Source: Spizellomyces punctatus DAOM BR117
Lineage: Eukaryota
Assembly: GCA_000182565.2 (NCBI GenBank)
Contig: KQ257464.1
Reading direction: 5' to 3' (one strand)
DNA: 64,000 bases
Shown here: piece by piece, positions 1-14,281 of the stretch
Layout: the number at the start of each line of letters is the position of its first letter
Position numbering within the stretch: position 1 is the first letter of the stretch
Translations under genes and position numbers: made by a program
Notes under the pieces: model-generated
Seen by the model: only the letters and a program-made list of their open reading frames with translations
What the model was told of the DNA's origin: nothing
Database searches by the model: none

Positions 1-3
1 GCT

Positions 4-3000
4 ATGGAAGCAGTGGACAGATTTCTCTTGGGTTTAGACCGACCTTCAATGGGATTAGATAGTCAGACCACCGATGCTGTGTCGACCGAGGAGGCAGAGA
101 CAGCGGCAAGTCCTGCCAGTGGACCCGTCCTGCGGCCAACCTCTGCATCCGTTCGATTAAGCGATTCAGCATACTTGCAAAGCCATCGAACCCAATCAAC
201 CCCCATAACTCACGACGAACCCCTAAAGCCATACAACCGTGTCCAATCTGCTCCCGCTTCCCGGTCCAGAGGCACGTCTTTATGGCGAGGGAGTCGAACG
301 TCGATATCAGCAAGCGGATCCCGTCCCAGTTGGTCCGCCTCGGCGGATTTTCGCAGACCTTCCGTTCAATTTTCTCTTTCATCTTTTCCACATACCGATT
401 CGGATCCTGCTGAAGTTCGGAGGGATGCCAGTGCACAGGCCTTGAGGAACTCTCGGACCAGTATTACCGAGCCCAAACCACGGACAAGGGAGCGATCTTC
501 CATGTCGGCCCGTATGGAAGATCTAGAAGTCGCCAAAGCCCGGTCCATTGCAGAAGCGATCACCCGAGCTGCTGCACAATGGGATCCATCTCAACGCCAA
601 AGCAACAGCTCCTTGTACAGTTCTACTCGACCCAGCCGACCTGCTTCGGCACTGACGCTTGAAAAGAGAGCTGCATCGGCTGCATCGTGTGCGGCTGCTG
701 CTACTGGTGGGAGGAGAAGCCGACCAGCCAGTGGGCGAATTGGTACTTCAGTACAAAATCTGGACACTAAGCCAAGTGAACCGCACCAAACCGGATTCCG
801 TCTACCTAAAACCCCAAAAGAGCTCTGGTCTCTCGTTCGCGAAACCTACTGTCCGCGAATTTTTGATGCATTATCGGCTCGTGTTCCCCAGCCAATTCCG
901 TACACCCTAACACTTCGCCATGGATTTCAGTTCAAGTATAGCCTTCGACATAGGCAAGCTCTAATCTGGGTGTGCCCGCATCTCAAAGTCCCTATCCACC
1001 ACGCAGACGGAAAGCTTGAGTCTGAGATGGACGGCGAAGAGGAAAGCCAGTCCCCAAAGGACAATGTCGATGATTCCGAATTCGATCTAAGAGCGCTTCC
1101 AGGACAATCAAAGTACCATTCGTACACCTTTGCTGCGGTCGACCGAACCGGCACTATTTCCTTATGGGATGTGGCGAGAAACACGGACACCAATCGTCCT
1201 AGGGGAGTCGTCAAATTGATGACTGAAATTACGGAGTTTGTCTTTATAAAGAAGTTTGCCGTATATGCTGCGTGTTCGCAGGATAAGAATATCAAGGTGC
1301 GTAGTATCTAGTACCTTCTTAACGTTGTTCATGTATCGGTTAACTGATGCAACGACCGTATCTACTCAGTTCTTTAACTCGCGATTTGAAATGACAAATC
1401 TACACCATACAATGGAGCCAATTCTATTGTAAGTATTCTACCAAGTCAAGATTCCTGGGCATGTCCATCTCATTAACTCGGCGTTACCAAAGCATACGCT
1501 ATAATTCCCTCAACCATGGTCTCGTTACTGCTGGATCACATTCAATTTGTGTGAGTACGTTAGACAAGCTACTGCCTCGGTGCGAGATACTAAACTGCGA
1601 CAACAGGTTTGGACAATGGAGGCTACAAAACATCGGTGCGTATAAAATCCGCATATGACGAGTTTCCTAGACTGACCAGGCATCCGACACTCTCTAGCAA
1701 CATTATCCGCGTCGTACCAACTGTAAAACATACGTTCCACACGCACCTTCCTCGCGACGAATGGATCTCTAATCTTTACCTTGACGAGAAGAATCTCCGT
1801 ATCTATGCCGTGGTCGATACGAAGATTTTGGTAGAGGGCAAGATGGCTTTCCATGCACTGCGTACTCGCTAGATACTGACCATGGATGGCGTAGGTATTT
1901 CACCAGACCCACGGCACTCATATCGACACCCTTCGCAACATCTCAACCCGCCACGTAAGCGCCCTTATCCACCACGACTTTTATCAATACACCTTGATTG
2001 CATGCACTGATGGGAGCAGTACGTTGGTCACTTCATACACGTCCCCCGCTGTAAGCTATTGACTGATCAGCTCCTTGACCAGTTCAAGTCAGAAATATGA
2101 ACAACGCGATTGTGCATGAATTTACCGGGCATACGAAGCCTGTTACGTCCCTCGCGCTCTACCCGCAGGGACCAATGATTATTTCCTGCGCGATGGATTA
2201 TACAGTGCGGGTGTACAGTTTAAAAACATTTAAAGAGATTTATTGGTATGCGCTTTGGTTTTTCCTTTTGTTTATCGAGATCATGTGAGGATAGAATATG
2301 TAATTTCTTGATACTTCTTATTGTTTGCTAGCTTGCATTTAAGAGAACGACCGCTGAGTCTGACGGTCATAGATGATGATCAGTTGCTGATACGGACGAG
2401 AGAGACCATCGATGTCTGGAGTCTAAACCACATCAATTCCGGATTCTCGAGTCTAAAGTAAATCGTGTTATCTCCTTTCACATGCCCGCCAATTTACAGT
2501 GCTCATCCGACGTTTCAGCTCTCATGTTAAAACCCTGCTTCGAGTCAAATCTCCGGGCATCCAGCCACGGATTCTCGTCCGGACCGAAGACGGCATTGTT
2601 CGTCTCTTGTCCCCCGTCAACGGGAAAGCTATCACTACCGCCCTGCCGCTTCTCGAAACGGATTATCTGCATGATTTAGCGTATTGTTCCAAGATTGGTT
2701 TGTTGCTGTGCTTTTGCGCTGAAGGACAGTTGTGATCAGAGGCTTATTTTATGCGCCGTACTTGGCTCATTGGACCGTCAACAGATCGAATGTTTTTTAT
2801 GCTCGAAAATGGCGAAATATGGGTCATGGCCACTAATTTCAATCCGTGCGTTGTGGTCGATATATGGAAACTAGGCGAAGCAGGTGCCGTTTCTTTTGTA
2901 TATGTAATTAGACCATTATTACCCTGCCATCTCACTTTCGTTCATCTGCCACTCAGTCCGCGAAGACTGCAGCCACATTGCAATATTTGACGGTCGCTTC

Positions 3001-6000
3001 AGTCCCGCGGATGAAGTTCCCCCTGGGTATGATTCTGTGAAGGGGTATGCATTTTTATTGGGTGCGACCCGTAATGGGCAGGTGCTTGTATATGGGAGAA
3101 GAGGGGGTGTGAGGGATCGGTATCAGGTTGGTTTTCCTTTGTCTTTTGTTGCTAGTCTTTGACTATGTATTTGGGTGACATATGAAAAATGGCAGCTTCA
3201 TAACGCAGAAATCACTCAAATGCTATGCGACCAAAAGCAACAGCTTCTCTTCACATGTGGAGCAGGTAATTACCCCGTAATTTCGAATTTTCCGTTTACC
3301 CAATATCATTAAGCCCTGGTTCTGTCAGACGAAACGATCAAAATAACAAAGGTCTCACCAACGTCTCCAGAGATCTTGCACCCTATTCTGTCCATCCGAA
3401 CCCACTTTATTCCTCGGGTGATATCGGTTCTCGGTTCAACAATATGTGCTGCCGCCGAGGAGGGGAGTCTATGGATGTATGAATTTTCTGTTGAGAAAAG
3501 AGGTACGTCTTTCTTTTTTTTAAAGTATTTACTGCATGGGATTTTGATAAAGTCGGACCTTGTTTCGCGGAGGGTAGAATGGCGAATGCATCCTACCCAC
3601 AACCGAAGCGATGATCACACAGACAATGTTACAGCCATCTGTCCGATCCCAAAACTGGACCTTTTCGTTAGTGCCAGCAAAGATGGAACACTGCGGGTGT
3701 GGGATACTGGCAATACCCTCGTAAGGTATCTTGTAAAAGCCCGAGCAGATATGCAGGACATGATGGAACTGAAACAAGTCAATAGGGAACTTCAGTTCCA
3801 AGAATCTATCGATAGTCTATCCATCGCCAATGCGCATGGTGACATTCTCTTTGGCATTCAAAACCGTGTGGATATTATCAAGTACCAATCCTGTAGGCTC
3901 AACCATTCCGATATTGCTTGTCCTTTCTCTGAAAATGTGACACCTTGTTTTTGCATTTATTAAAGATCTACCGCCCGGCTATGTACAAACCGTTCAAAAG
4001 ATGGAGCATAAAGAATACGTACCAGAGCAACCTGTTCCGTTTGATGACGCAAGGATAGAGTGGAAAAACCTTTTATGCCGAGGCCAAAGAAAACTGTATG
4101 TGCGTCAGTTTCCTCGCGATATCCCGGCTAACCCCCTGTCCTCCATCACAGCGTGCTCAACACCCAAGACCCGTGGTCCCTCTTTCATGACATAAACCTC
4201 GTCGGTCCCGAAAAGCCCTTCGAAGGCCCTGAACCTCCACACTCGAAAGGCGAACGAGACATGTACAAAGATCTCCTCGAAAGACTGGATCTCATTGCTT
4301 TACAGCGACGACAGATTGTCGAGATGGCTAAACAGAGGTTGGAAGCGGAGCAAGCAGAGGGTGTGAGAGAGGACGAGATACTCCATCAGGAGTTTTTGCG
4401 GTATATGCGGAACAAACCCTTTTGGGGACTCTCCCGTGGAGGAAGTATGGGGGAGTTACGACCAACAAGTCCGACTGAGGGGCCGGGGAGGTTATTGGAT
4501 ATTCCTGTGCCTATATCTCGAGAGGCGGGCGTTGGGGGAATGGTTGGCGGCGAGGTGATAGAGGCAGGCGGGGCAGTGGTGATGGTAGGGAAGGGCGAAG
4601 TTTCAGAAGGTGGGTTCGTACATCCCAAGACATCCTCCGCCCATAGCGTTACTTATTGATATGCTTTTTCACAGCGATAACCCTTCCATCCCCTTTATCC
4701 AATGAGGACACCCCGCCTCCGTTACCAAGTAAAAAGTCTTCCAAAAAGCGCTTTCAAAAACGTCTCATCTTTGCTCCAGACGGCCAGCTCCCAAACTCCC
4801 TCCTTCACAAGGAAGTCCTCGATTGGAAATCCACTCACTCGACATTTTCTCTTCCAGCTGCCGTGATACCCCGCGCAGGGAAGCCAAAGACATCTACTCC
4901 GCAGTCAACAGATGATACAAAGAAAAAGCGGAGCGAGGAATACAAAAAGCGGTTAAAGGAGATGTTGGACGCGTTGCCGAGGGAGGAGGAGGTTACAGGT
5001 GGACCGGAAGGTGGGGAAGAGGTTGTGGTAGAGGAAGCGGAAGAGGAGGAAGTGGAAGAAGCAGAGCGGGCTGCGAGGTTGCGATTACCTCCTCAGAGAA
5101 TGCGGTTCGGGACCTTGGAACCGCGGGTGAAGGAAATGGTGGAGGTGAAGTTACCCATCGTGGTCGAAAAGCTATTGGCGTATGACTGGGTGCCTGTCGA
5201 TCAGGTAGAATACTCCAAAATTGTTATCGAAATTTATTCATGGCAGTCGCCTAATGTCTCGTTCCAAAAAGCTATTTTACCCGCCACAGGACCCAACAAA
5301 CCCCCCTCCTCCGACCTCCCGCAAACTTGTAAGTCAACCACGTTCCTCCTCTTGCTAGCTCTTATCTAATCTCCTCTACAGAAAATAGATGCAGATTCGC
5401 ATACACTTCTCCCTCTCGTCCTCGACATCTTTCGTACAACAACCTCCTCGCAGACTCGGATGGAAATTGTGGAATATATCAATTGGATGTATGAAGAACA
5501 TGGTATTAAGGACGCGACAGGCATTGTAAAGGCGTTTTGTAGAGTACTTGGTACTGCTGAGGCAGATGGAGAGCAGGATGTACCGGTACGTCTTGTCTTG
5601 CTTATTTGGAGTAAATTAGGGTGATGAAGGGCCCATTTGCTAATGTCATGTCTTGGGCAGATGCGCTGTGCGCTCATTGAATCCCTAGCCCGTTACGGCC
5701 CAAACCACGTTGACGTTGTCCCTAGTCTCCTCATGCAGCTCGCTTCCCGTCACGAAACAGTTCGGTATGATCTTGCTCTTTTTATACGTTCACGTCACTT
5801 CTGTTAACCTCAGTGCATTGGGTGACATGACGGATCTGTCATGAACAGTAATCGCGCGATACAGTTTTTGAAGGCGTTGGGCGTACATACACCTGATAAT
5901 CCGTTTCTGGTTCACGCTGTCGAAGAGATTTTGAGCGAGGTGAGGGCGTGGGTGCAAGAGCAGGTTTGTTTTGTTTTTTTGCATGTGCATTTGCTTACGG

Positions 6001-7976
6001 TCTCTTTTGGGCGCAAAGGTCGTGGCGACTACTAAGGTAACGCCGCAACCTGCTCATCCGGGTCCGACGACAGCTTGGGACACCACGAGCGTCACACAAT
6101 CACAAGCACAACAAGAGACCTCACGTCCCCTGTCTGCAACATATCAGGATCCTCGGATACCTTTAACAAATTTTATTCGCAAAAACTTGAAAAAGTACCT
6201 CCTTCGCTCCACATCCAATAAAGAGGTTGCGCAGAAACTAAAGAAGCTTAACATACATGGTGTGGAGGACCGGACCCTGGAGGAGAGGGGCGATGACGAG
6301 CGGCCGGGAAGTTCCAAGAGCAGACCAGGGACAGCGGGATCTAGGACGCATAGTAGACCTGATAGTGGAGGGATGGGCTCGCGGCCCGGGAGTGGGAAAG
6401 GTGCACGGCCTGGCAGTGGCGCTAATGCGCGGCCTGGGAGTGGGTTAGGTGCACGGCCCGGCAGCGGGGTTAATGCGCGACCTGGTAGTGGAGTTACTGC
6501 ACGGCCCGGGAGCGGGGTTGATGCCCGATCTGAAACCGTGATGAAGCCAGGACTGGGAAGGGAAACTTCTGGGGTATCTATTGGAGCAGGAAAGCAACCG
6601 GATACCGAGAAAGCGGCGGAAGTGAGGCAGTCTATCCCTGGACGAGGGAAAAAGCGCGTGGCGTTCGGTACTCCGCTGTCGTCAGCGGGGGCATTCAAGT
6701 CGCCCAGTGCACAAGCCGATAAAGGCTTGTTACAGCAAGATGGAAGAAGGATCTCAATAGAGATCCCTACTGCGCCCGACGCGGGGATACTAAAACATGA
6801 TGGGATGAGGCATTCAGTGGACATACCGGAATTGGAATGGATGGAGATGGTTACCTATCGGCCGTCTGTACCTCTGGGAGAGGGTGATATGGGATCAAAT
6901 GAAGAGGTGAGCAGCATCGCGTCGTTCGAAGAGAGTTTACGCTCACATTCAACAAACTTGTCTGGTAGACTCCCTTTTACCAGGCCTTTGAAATCGATCG
7001 TCCACCATCTTCTCGAAATCCCGTCACAATTCTTCAAAACCCTTGCGGTCAGGATTTTATCAATGCCCTCAATTTCTACATCCTTTCCCGGGAACGGGCG
7101 GCAGCGAAAGCCGAACAAGAACGGCTTGAAAAGCTTCGACAAGAATCGGAAGCAGCGGCGCGGATGGCTGCAGAAGCCGATAAGAAGCAGAAATTCATGG
7201 AATACATGGCCAAAAAGGAGCGGGAGCGGTTAGAGAGATTGGAGGCACGGAAGAAACGATTAGACGAGGCTAGGAGAAGGGAGGAAGCTAAGGCGCGCTT
7301 GCCCGCTTTGGTGCAGGGAAAGCTGAGTGCGATGAGAACACAAGGGATTGGATTAACTCATAAGAGTGAATGTCATCCGTCCAGGGAAACGCTGGATTAC
7401 GAGTATCGTACGTACAGGATATCAAATCGGCATTGACAACTTTATATATTGCAATTACTAACACCGGTACCTTTTACCAATCCAGGTAAATTCCCACCCA
7501 TCGCCGACGGGCATACTCACGGCCCGCACCACACAGGGATCTCAATGCATATACAAAAGTACAATCGGTCAATGCCGATGGAACGCGTGGAGATTGTCCC
7601 ATTCGATCCTTTCCTTCAACGAGAGACCACACCACTCAAACGTAATTCCCCGAGGACATTTTCTGCCGCCCGGCCGCCCACGTCCATTCCACTTGGTTCA
7701 ACCCTCGTCCCATCCCAACTCGTTCCGCAATGGCAAGAATTCAATATTGAGAACTCTGAGGCTGTTATCGAGAGGGAATTAAGGGACTTTTTCCCAGATG
7801 GTGATCTAAAATACATTCGCGCGGGGCTGAAGAGTGCTGAAGCGGCAAGTGGCGGAATGGTGCACGACGGTGGGGCGGACACCAAGTTTAGAACGCAGAG
7901 AAAGTACTTTATCCCAGCGCTATCGATGGCGCTTGAGACCGTAGCCGCGGGGCAGACCTACGGGCTGGCCGATTGA
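4..7976 (+). CDS. Large multi-exon WD40-repeat protein with C-terminal helical and low-complexity/coiled-coil regions (WDR87/WDR97-like, probably flagellar)
   Basis: Successive + exons with WD40 signatures (GTISLWD; FTGHTKPVTSLALYPQGPMIISCAMDYTVRVY; HTDNVTAICPIPKLDLFVSASKDGTLRVWD) joined by GT-AG introns. Later segments include FAPDGQLPNS, RPGSG repeats and a charged coiled coil; stop at 7976. The WDR87/97 assignment is from recalled similarity only. Confidence 0.75.
6301..6530 (+). repeat. Coding tandem repeat with a 24-nt/8-aa unit, (A)RPGSGxx
   Basis: Translation SRPGSGKG ARPGSGAN ARPGSGLG ARPGSGVN ARPGSGVT ARPGSGVD, preceded by degenerate RPGSS, RPGTA and RPDSG units. Codons differ synonymously between units. 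Confidence 0.9.
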
Positions 7977-8045
7977 TGTTTGGATCGTGTAAGATGATGG
8001 GCTGTAAGCCCTTTGTAGATAGACTATCCTTTATGTAATATTTGT

Positions 8046-8999
8046 TCAGTGACGCTGGTCACTTTGACTCTCGCCCTCCTCAGTCTGCAATGCAGTCAAC
8101 CTGTCGAAGAGGCTTTGGTGAAACCTCCCCCGATACAAGGGACTCACGGTACTCAAGAGGGCATCCATACTTTCAAACCCCGCATTAGCAAATTCTAAAA
8201 CCTTTGATAAAGTCGTTCTGGCCGTCTCATTGGCTTCATTGGCCAAATGTGCCGAAACGATCTAGAGATGCTTACAACGCGTTAGAGACTTTTTGCACTC
8301 GTGTACGCGCTCAACCTCTCACCGTGAAACCGCAATCTGACAAGCTGATGACAAGCCAGACACCTTCCAGAATGCACAATTGAAGACGTGGTCTCTGAGC
8401 GCTCGATGCCGCATCGTGCCTCTCTATGAGCGAGATGGATCCAGGACAGACTTTATCGTCGTATTCTTTCAGTGCATTCAAAAGCTCTTGCCAAACCAAC
8501 TGGTCGTGCATGTAATCTGCCTTTCGTTTACGAGTGGGAAACATGAATGAATGGCAAGATGGGAAAGTCCAAACGCGCAGGAATTGAGATGCCATTCCGT
8601 CCGCGCCACAGACGCCACAAGAACACGTACCAGGTTGCCGGTCCCACTTTTGGGAATTCGACTGCGCCGCTTGCAATTTGGCGGCCAATGGCGTATTCAC
8701 CAGATAAGACGGACACGGCGATGCACGGTTTTCTCCGAAGATGATGGGTGTGCAAAAGTCAAGTCAAATGGTCGATGGCAGTGTTTGTTGAGCGTTGAAA
8801 TCGCAGCAGTTTGGAAACGGAATACGATGGTTTCTTGAACTTTGGACAAAGCGCCTTCTCCAATAGCCTTTGGTGATCAGAACACACGTGGCTTAAGAAG
8901 GAGTTCCACCTGACGTATGATTCTAATGTGGATGGAATGCATGGGATGGAAGAATTCGACAAGCCGCTCTCCAATCGTCGCACCATTGATGGCTTGCAT
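8046..8999 (-). CDS. Hypothetical multi-exon protein (boundaries uncertain)
   Basis: Protein-like minus-strand segments (MQAINGATIGERLVEFFHP; DYMHDQLVWQELLNALKEYDDK; LANEANETARTTLSKVLEFANAGF to stop 8046) separated by plausible short introns. No family recognised. Confidence 0.4.
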
Positions 9000-9564
9000 C
9001 AATTTAAAAACAGATATGGCGGTATTTGAATATGTGTTTCCAAAGTAAGATCCATGTATGCATGCATGTCATATTCTAGTGATAGTGATCATGTTAAAAT
9101 GGCTGTGTGTATTCTGCAAGTGTTATTTCAAAAGTATAATAATAATATCTTACGGCTGTGGTCATCCGCCGCGCTTTTTGGCAACTCTCCTTTCCTGGGC
9201 TCCTATCAACAACATCATCATTCGTCAACCGCATTCGGAACTGAGGCTGAACTTGCATTATCTTGTCTTTTGACACTTCTGACACTATTTTTTTTTTTAC
9301 TTTCGACAACGAACTGCTTCCGAGGAAATCCATCACGCTATCATTAGAAGGTTTCACATTTAGGGTATTGGCCCCGACGCTTTGCTTACCATCACATTAT
9401 TATACGGATACCCTCGCGCCACTGGCAAGATCTGGAGAGAGAGATCACCTTGACTTTGCATTTTAGACAGACTTGTTCGTGCATTACATACAGACAAAAG
9501 TACAGCATTGCTTTCCAACGCGCACACTCTGAGACTTGCACCACATTCCGGCACGAGTGTCGCC

Positions 9565-10736
9565 ATGAACGAGATCTCCGCACTCCAGGTCGCTGCGCCA
9601 TCACCATTCCCCCATCTGGCCCCATCCTCGAGATCCGGCTCGACCACCAGGCAGCCCCCCGCTCCCACGGATATCCCCTTGGCAGATGCACAGCTTCTTT
9701 TGCCAGACTTTCCGCTTCCGCTGCCTAATGTCGATAGCTACGACTTTTCGAGATCTTCAAACGGTTGGATAGCGGACGATGACATTTTGGGTGCGGCAGC
9801 CGTTTTGTTCAGCACAAAGCTCTTGGATCAAGCACATCGCGAAAAAGCCGCACAGCGTGTAGTGCCTGCGTTGGGCGCTTTTATACCCGGTCCCGAATCG
9901 CACCTCCCGGCCATTGCGGCCGAACAGCACTTTATCGGAGAATTTATTCAGCACGACCACGACTCCGACAGTGAAAGTGGATATCAAGATTCTTCCCTCC
10001 CATCGATTTCCCCACGCTCCTTTACATCAAGACCATCGGTCACGCACGATAACGTCTCGACAGACGATGAAGACTCGTCCCCGGAAAACTCCGCCAAGGC
10101 GCAGATTGCTACACCTCTGCGGCCTTTTCGCAAGTCCCGCTTGAAGAGAATGATGGAGCCAGACTCTGATGATGATGAAGGAGAAGGGAATGATTCCGAA
10201 AACGAAGGGCAAGAAGACAAAGAACAGAAAACGCAAAGTCAAGAAGAGCAAGATGAAGAGAGCGATTTCGCGTCCAAGAGAGTCGTTCGCAAACCACATG
10301 TAAAGAGAACTGCCAACCATCGCAAGACCAAAACCACACCATCACCACACAAGAAACTCAAAAAAGAGACATCAGCCGTTGTTGAATCACGTCCAAGGTC
10401 GGTTGAAAAAGACCGCAAGAGTCCCGTCAGAAACTTGACTCCTAGCCGTGGAGCGCGCAAACCCGCCAAGAGCAATGGTAGAAGGTGCGGCTATTGCAAT
10501 GCCACACAAACTCCAATGTGGCGCCATGGTCCTCCAGGATATACAGACCTCTGCAACAAGGTGAGCAAGAGGGATTCTACGTGGATAGCTAAATATCGCC
10601 GCCCATCTTCTGCTTCCCTGTCTATGCAAGCATCTGATAAAGTTCCCGTCTGTTTGCATAGTGCGGCGTCAAATGGATGCGGGGACGGATTCTCCAAGAC
10701 CCCACACCCACGTCTCCAGACACTGTCACTCACTAA
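9565..10736 (+). CDS. GATA zinc-finger transcription factor (C-x2-C-x18-C-x2-C)
   Basis: Exon 1 ends CGYCNATQTPMWRHGPPGYTDLCNK. Intron 10561-10661 (GTGAGC...CATAG). Exon 2 reads CGVKWMRGRIL to TAA at 10736, completing the finger. Confidence 0.88.
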
Positions 10737-12087
10737 ATGCATCTCATGCGCCGCCGTACATCACTTTCAAAAATACACTATTACAAAAAGACATTCAAGG
10801 AACCATCCAGCTCGCTTGTAAATCCTCTACGTAGAAGTTGACATGGACGATGGACGAGCATAGAAGGGCTTCTTGGAAGGGACACTTTATTACCTGTCTG
10901 TTTTTCTTTTCAAACTTTTTTTTTTTTCTTTTTGACCTTCCTGTCTCCTTTTTTTTGTTGGTTAAACCTTTTTTACGGGGTGTGGTCTGGATTCGGGATT
11001 TGGTGGTGGAAGAAGGGGGGACAAGTTTTGTGGATCCTCCTTGTGAAAAGTAGTTGTGTTTTGTGCTGTGTTGGGCTTTGCGGGCTCAAAGTATACATCA
11101 TGTTATTGGATGTCTTGCAGGTTGGCTTTTGCTACTTGGGTTGATGGTGTCATATGTCGACCTAGTTTACCAGGACGGGCTACACTGAGCTTCAAAAGCC
11201 TCGGCCAGTTCTTTCAGATCCGAAAACAAGCGTGATGCACCATGACTATTTACTTTACTGCGTGAGGGTTTGCAGCGATGAAATGATGGCCCATCCGTAC
11301 TAACCGTCTTTGGATCGGTCAGTCCATGTGCAACAGATTATCCTTGCAGCTCGCACTCTGTATTGGAAGAATGAACAAATCATCTTTTTATTATTGTATT
11401 GGGCCTGAGGCTTTACCCTTTGTCCTTCCCCTCACCCGTTAACTTCAAGACGGCGATGAACTCAGAGTGGAGACTCGGATGGTCCAAGACACGGGCCCCA
11501 TCACGGCTTTGACAAGAGTTAATGGGTCAACGCGCCATGTCGCCAAAACAAAAAAAGGAACTGTGGGACGATGTGCAGTTTTGGCCATATTGGCATCTGT
11601 GCAGTGTGGGGCAAGTTCTGTAATTGGTATATGTGCTATTGAGGCATTGGCGTGAAAGCCATCAACGACGATGAAATGCCTTCCAAGAGCATATCTGTTT
11701 AATACGAGGTCATCTATAGCAAGGCTAACCCACACAGGATGAACCATCAAGCAATGCATAGCTGGCAGATGCAAGCCAAGTCCTTCCAAGCCCCTCCGAA
11801 CACTTTGACCATTGTGACCTTTCCACGCCAATGTGGCTGTGTGCCATTAGGCAAAAAAGAAAGCCAAGGCGAAGAGAAAAGAAGAAGAAGAAAAAGCGAG
11901 GAAATGTGTTTCCTGCGCAGGAGATCACGTGCGGGCGGTGTGGGAAAGTTATATTTGGTAGAGCGCGTTTTCACACTTGCCTCTCGTCCTTTCATTTAGA
12001 CATCTTCTGGTTTGCTCTCCCCCGGCCCAAGGTTTCCAGGCTTCTTCAGCTACTCCATCTATACTTTTACAAACTGAATAAACCGAT

Positions 12088-12709
12088 ATGGAGACCGGGC
12101 AGCCAACTGGTGCTCCAATGCCTTCTGGTACCGCGCCTTACTCGGTGCCAGCATACTCGAGTGGGTCGCTTGTGTAAGCGCGTTCAATGCCTCATCTCGT
12201 ATGCTTGTATTCATGATGCCTAATGGCTTTTGCGATACAGTGACATTCTAAAGCAACCCGCAACCATTCTCCGTATTCTTGAATGGTTCTTTGCCGTGAT
12301 ATCTTTTTCCACCATTGCATCCTATGGAAAAGCCGCGACAGGCACCTCTGAAGGCGGTTTCATGATCTTCACCGGAGTGGTCGCATGGCTTTTGACCATG
12401 GTGTTTCTAGCTGTGTATATTCTCCGTCCTCCTCAACTCTCTGGTCGCGTCTGGGCGTATTTTGAAGTCGCTGTCAGTGCGATTTGGGTGGTGTTTTGGT
12501 TTTCAGCAAGTATTGCGGTGGCAGCTTATGGCTGTAGTTTTGATTGTGCCAATTTTAATGCGTCGATTACGTTTGGGTAAGCTGTCTTTTCCTTTTTTTG
12601 GAGGGTTGTTCATGTGTACTGATGCTTTTACTCCTTGTATAGATTCTTTAGTTTTGCTGCGTGGGCTGCCAGTACTTGGTTCGCGTATATGGAGCTGAGA
12701 AACTTGTGA
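12088..12709 (+). CDS. MARVEL-domain four-transmembrane protein
   Basis: Three exons (12088-12173, 12241-12576, 12643-12709) splice in frame. They give ILRILEWFFAVISFSTIA...FMIFTGVVAWLLT...EVAVSAIWVVFWFSASIAVA...ASITFGFFSFAAW, a typical MARVEL pattern. Confidence 0.85.
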
Positions 12710-14281
12710 AAACCGTATCTCAAAGTTGTTCGGCATTAGATTCTTTATTATTAAAAAAGATCCCCTTTGTGAATATGTGTTATGGGACACCTGGCGCTCT
12801 GGGATCATTTTTGAGCTGAGGCTTCGTTTTTGGAAATAAAACCTTTTCAAGGTTGTTTGCATCCACGATATGTAATTTCCAGTCTGTGTCGTGATCTCTA
12901 GCGATGAGTATGAAAATAGCTACATGCGAAACCCGTTCTGGTGAGAAGAAATCCTTCACGGTGCTTTTTGACAACAGCAGTCCGTGTGAGACCACGGGGA
13001 AGGCTGTCCCCTTCAATTATGGACACGGAGGAATGCCCAATCTCTCGCAACTCATATTTGGGACTGAACCATCTATACGCCGGTTGCCGAGAAGAACAGA
13101 GAGAGCCTGGATGCTAAAGCCATGACATGCATCCTGGTGGGGATGCGAGATATGATCGGAATAATCTGTGTTGGTAGGGGAATTGGAGTGCCTTCCGAAA
13201 TGAGGTCATGTTGCAGGACATAAGGATGATCTTCAAGTCATGTCATATCATGATCTATTTTACCTCCAGTGCGAGATGGGTAAATAACAAGTTTTGAATG
13301 ATGATGATGTTCAATAGCTTGACTGGGCTACACACGCAAGCGCGGGGAATCCTCAGCCTTGAGCTCTTTGGCTTGTCGGCTTGCGACACTTGGAGAAAGG
13401 TCCAGTTATTTTCTCAAGACTCATCCGCCCCCGTCGTTGTTGAACAAGGTACGCAAAAAACTAGTTTGCAATGAGTTCAATATACCCGATGCTCCCCTGT
13501 ATGCGCAATGCAGTTCCACAAACCCCATCTCCCCCTTTTTTAAACTTGTGCGTGCCCGTAACTTGTCTTTGGCTGTCTCGCCCGGTTGGGTGGTCTGATT
13601 TGGCCATATTCTACCTACTGCCCTCCGGAGTCAACTAAACCCATCGCAGTTAATCCCCAACCTTTGCATTCGCAATACTCTGTTGGACGTTGAGAGCCCT
13701 TGAATGGCCTGCTGCCTACAAATGCGCTTACAAAGAATGAAAGAGGTGGATGGGCGTTCTCGTTAACCTTGATTACTTGGAACGACAAGGGCTTAGAACG
13801 ACAAGGGGTTTGGCAATTTCAATGATGAACCTAGACCTTGCCCAATATTGCTGGAGATAATAATGGAAATCCAGAACTCTGGGTTTATCCTCCTAAAGCT
13901 TTATAAATCGCATAACTCAGATGTCGCAGATACCCAAGGTCCTGGTGGATACGATAACACTGACCGCCCAAGGTACCTCTACTTTCAGTGGTAGCGGCGG
14001 CTTTTGACAACTCGGACCCGTGTACGGATGCTATCATAGCCCAGCTAAATGCAGCTAAATGCAATTAGCGCTGACCGCTCACCCGATCCTCAACCGTTCG
14101 TAAAATGTCACTATTTATAGACTATCTCTGCTCAGTCAAAGAAGTGAGACTAGATAGTCTTGCCCGTTTCTTTTTCTTTAGCGGCAAAGGTTAAAAAGAT
14201 GACACAAAGACAAAGCTATCAAAAGCAACGGCCCTCCATGAAGAGCACCCCAAGATGCCCTTACACCACCATCCTTTCACA

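Noticed and set aside
6144-6824. 226-aa antisense ORF with PLPGRA repeats
   Set aside because: It is the reverse-strand shadow of the RPGSG coding repeat.
11440-11700. Short protein-like frames (e.g. MSPKQKKELWDDVQFWPYW)
   Set aside because: Too short, with no recognisable family or splice structure.
13776-13807. 16-bp near-perfect tandem repeat (CTTRGAACGACAAGGG x2); also CAGCTAAATG x2 near 14042
   Set aside because: Only two copies and no spacers, so ordinary slippage rather than CRISPR or element ends.
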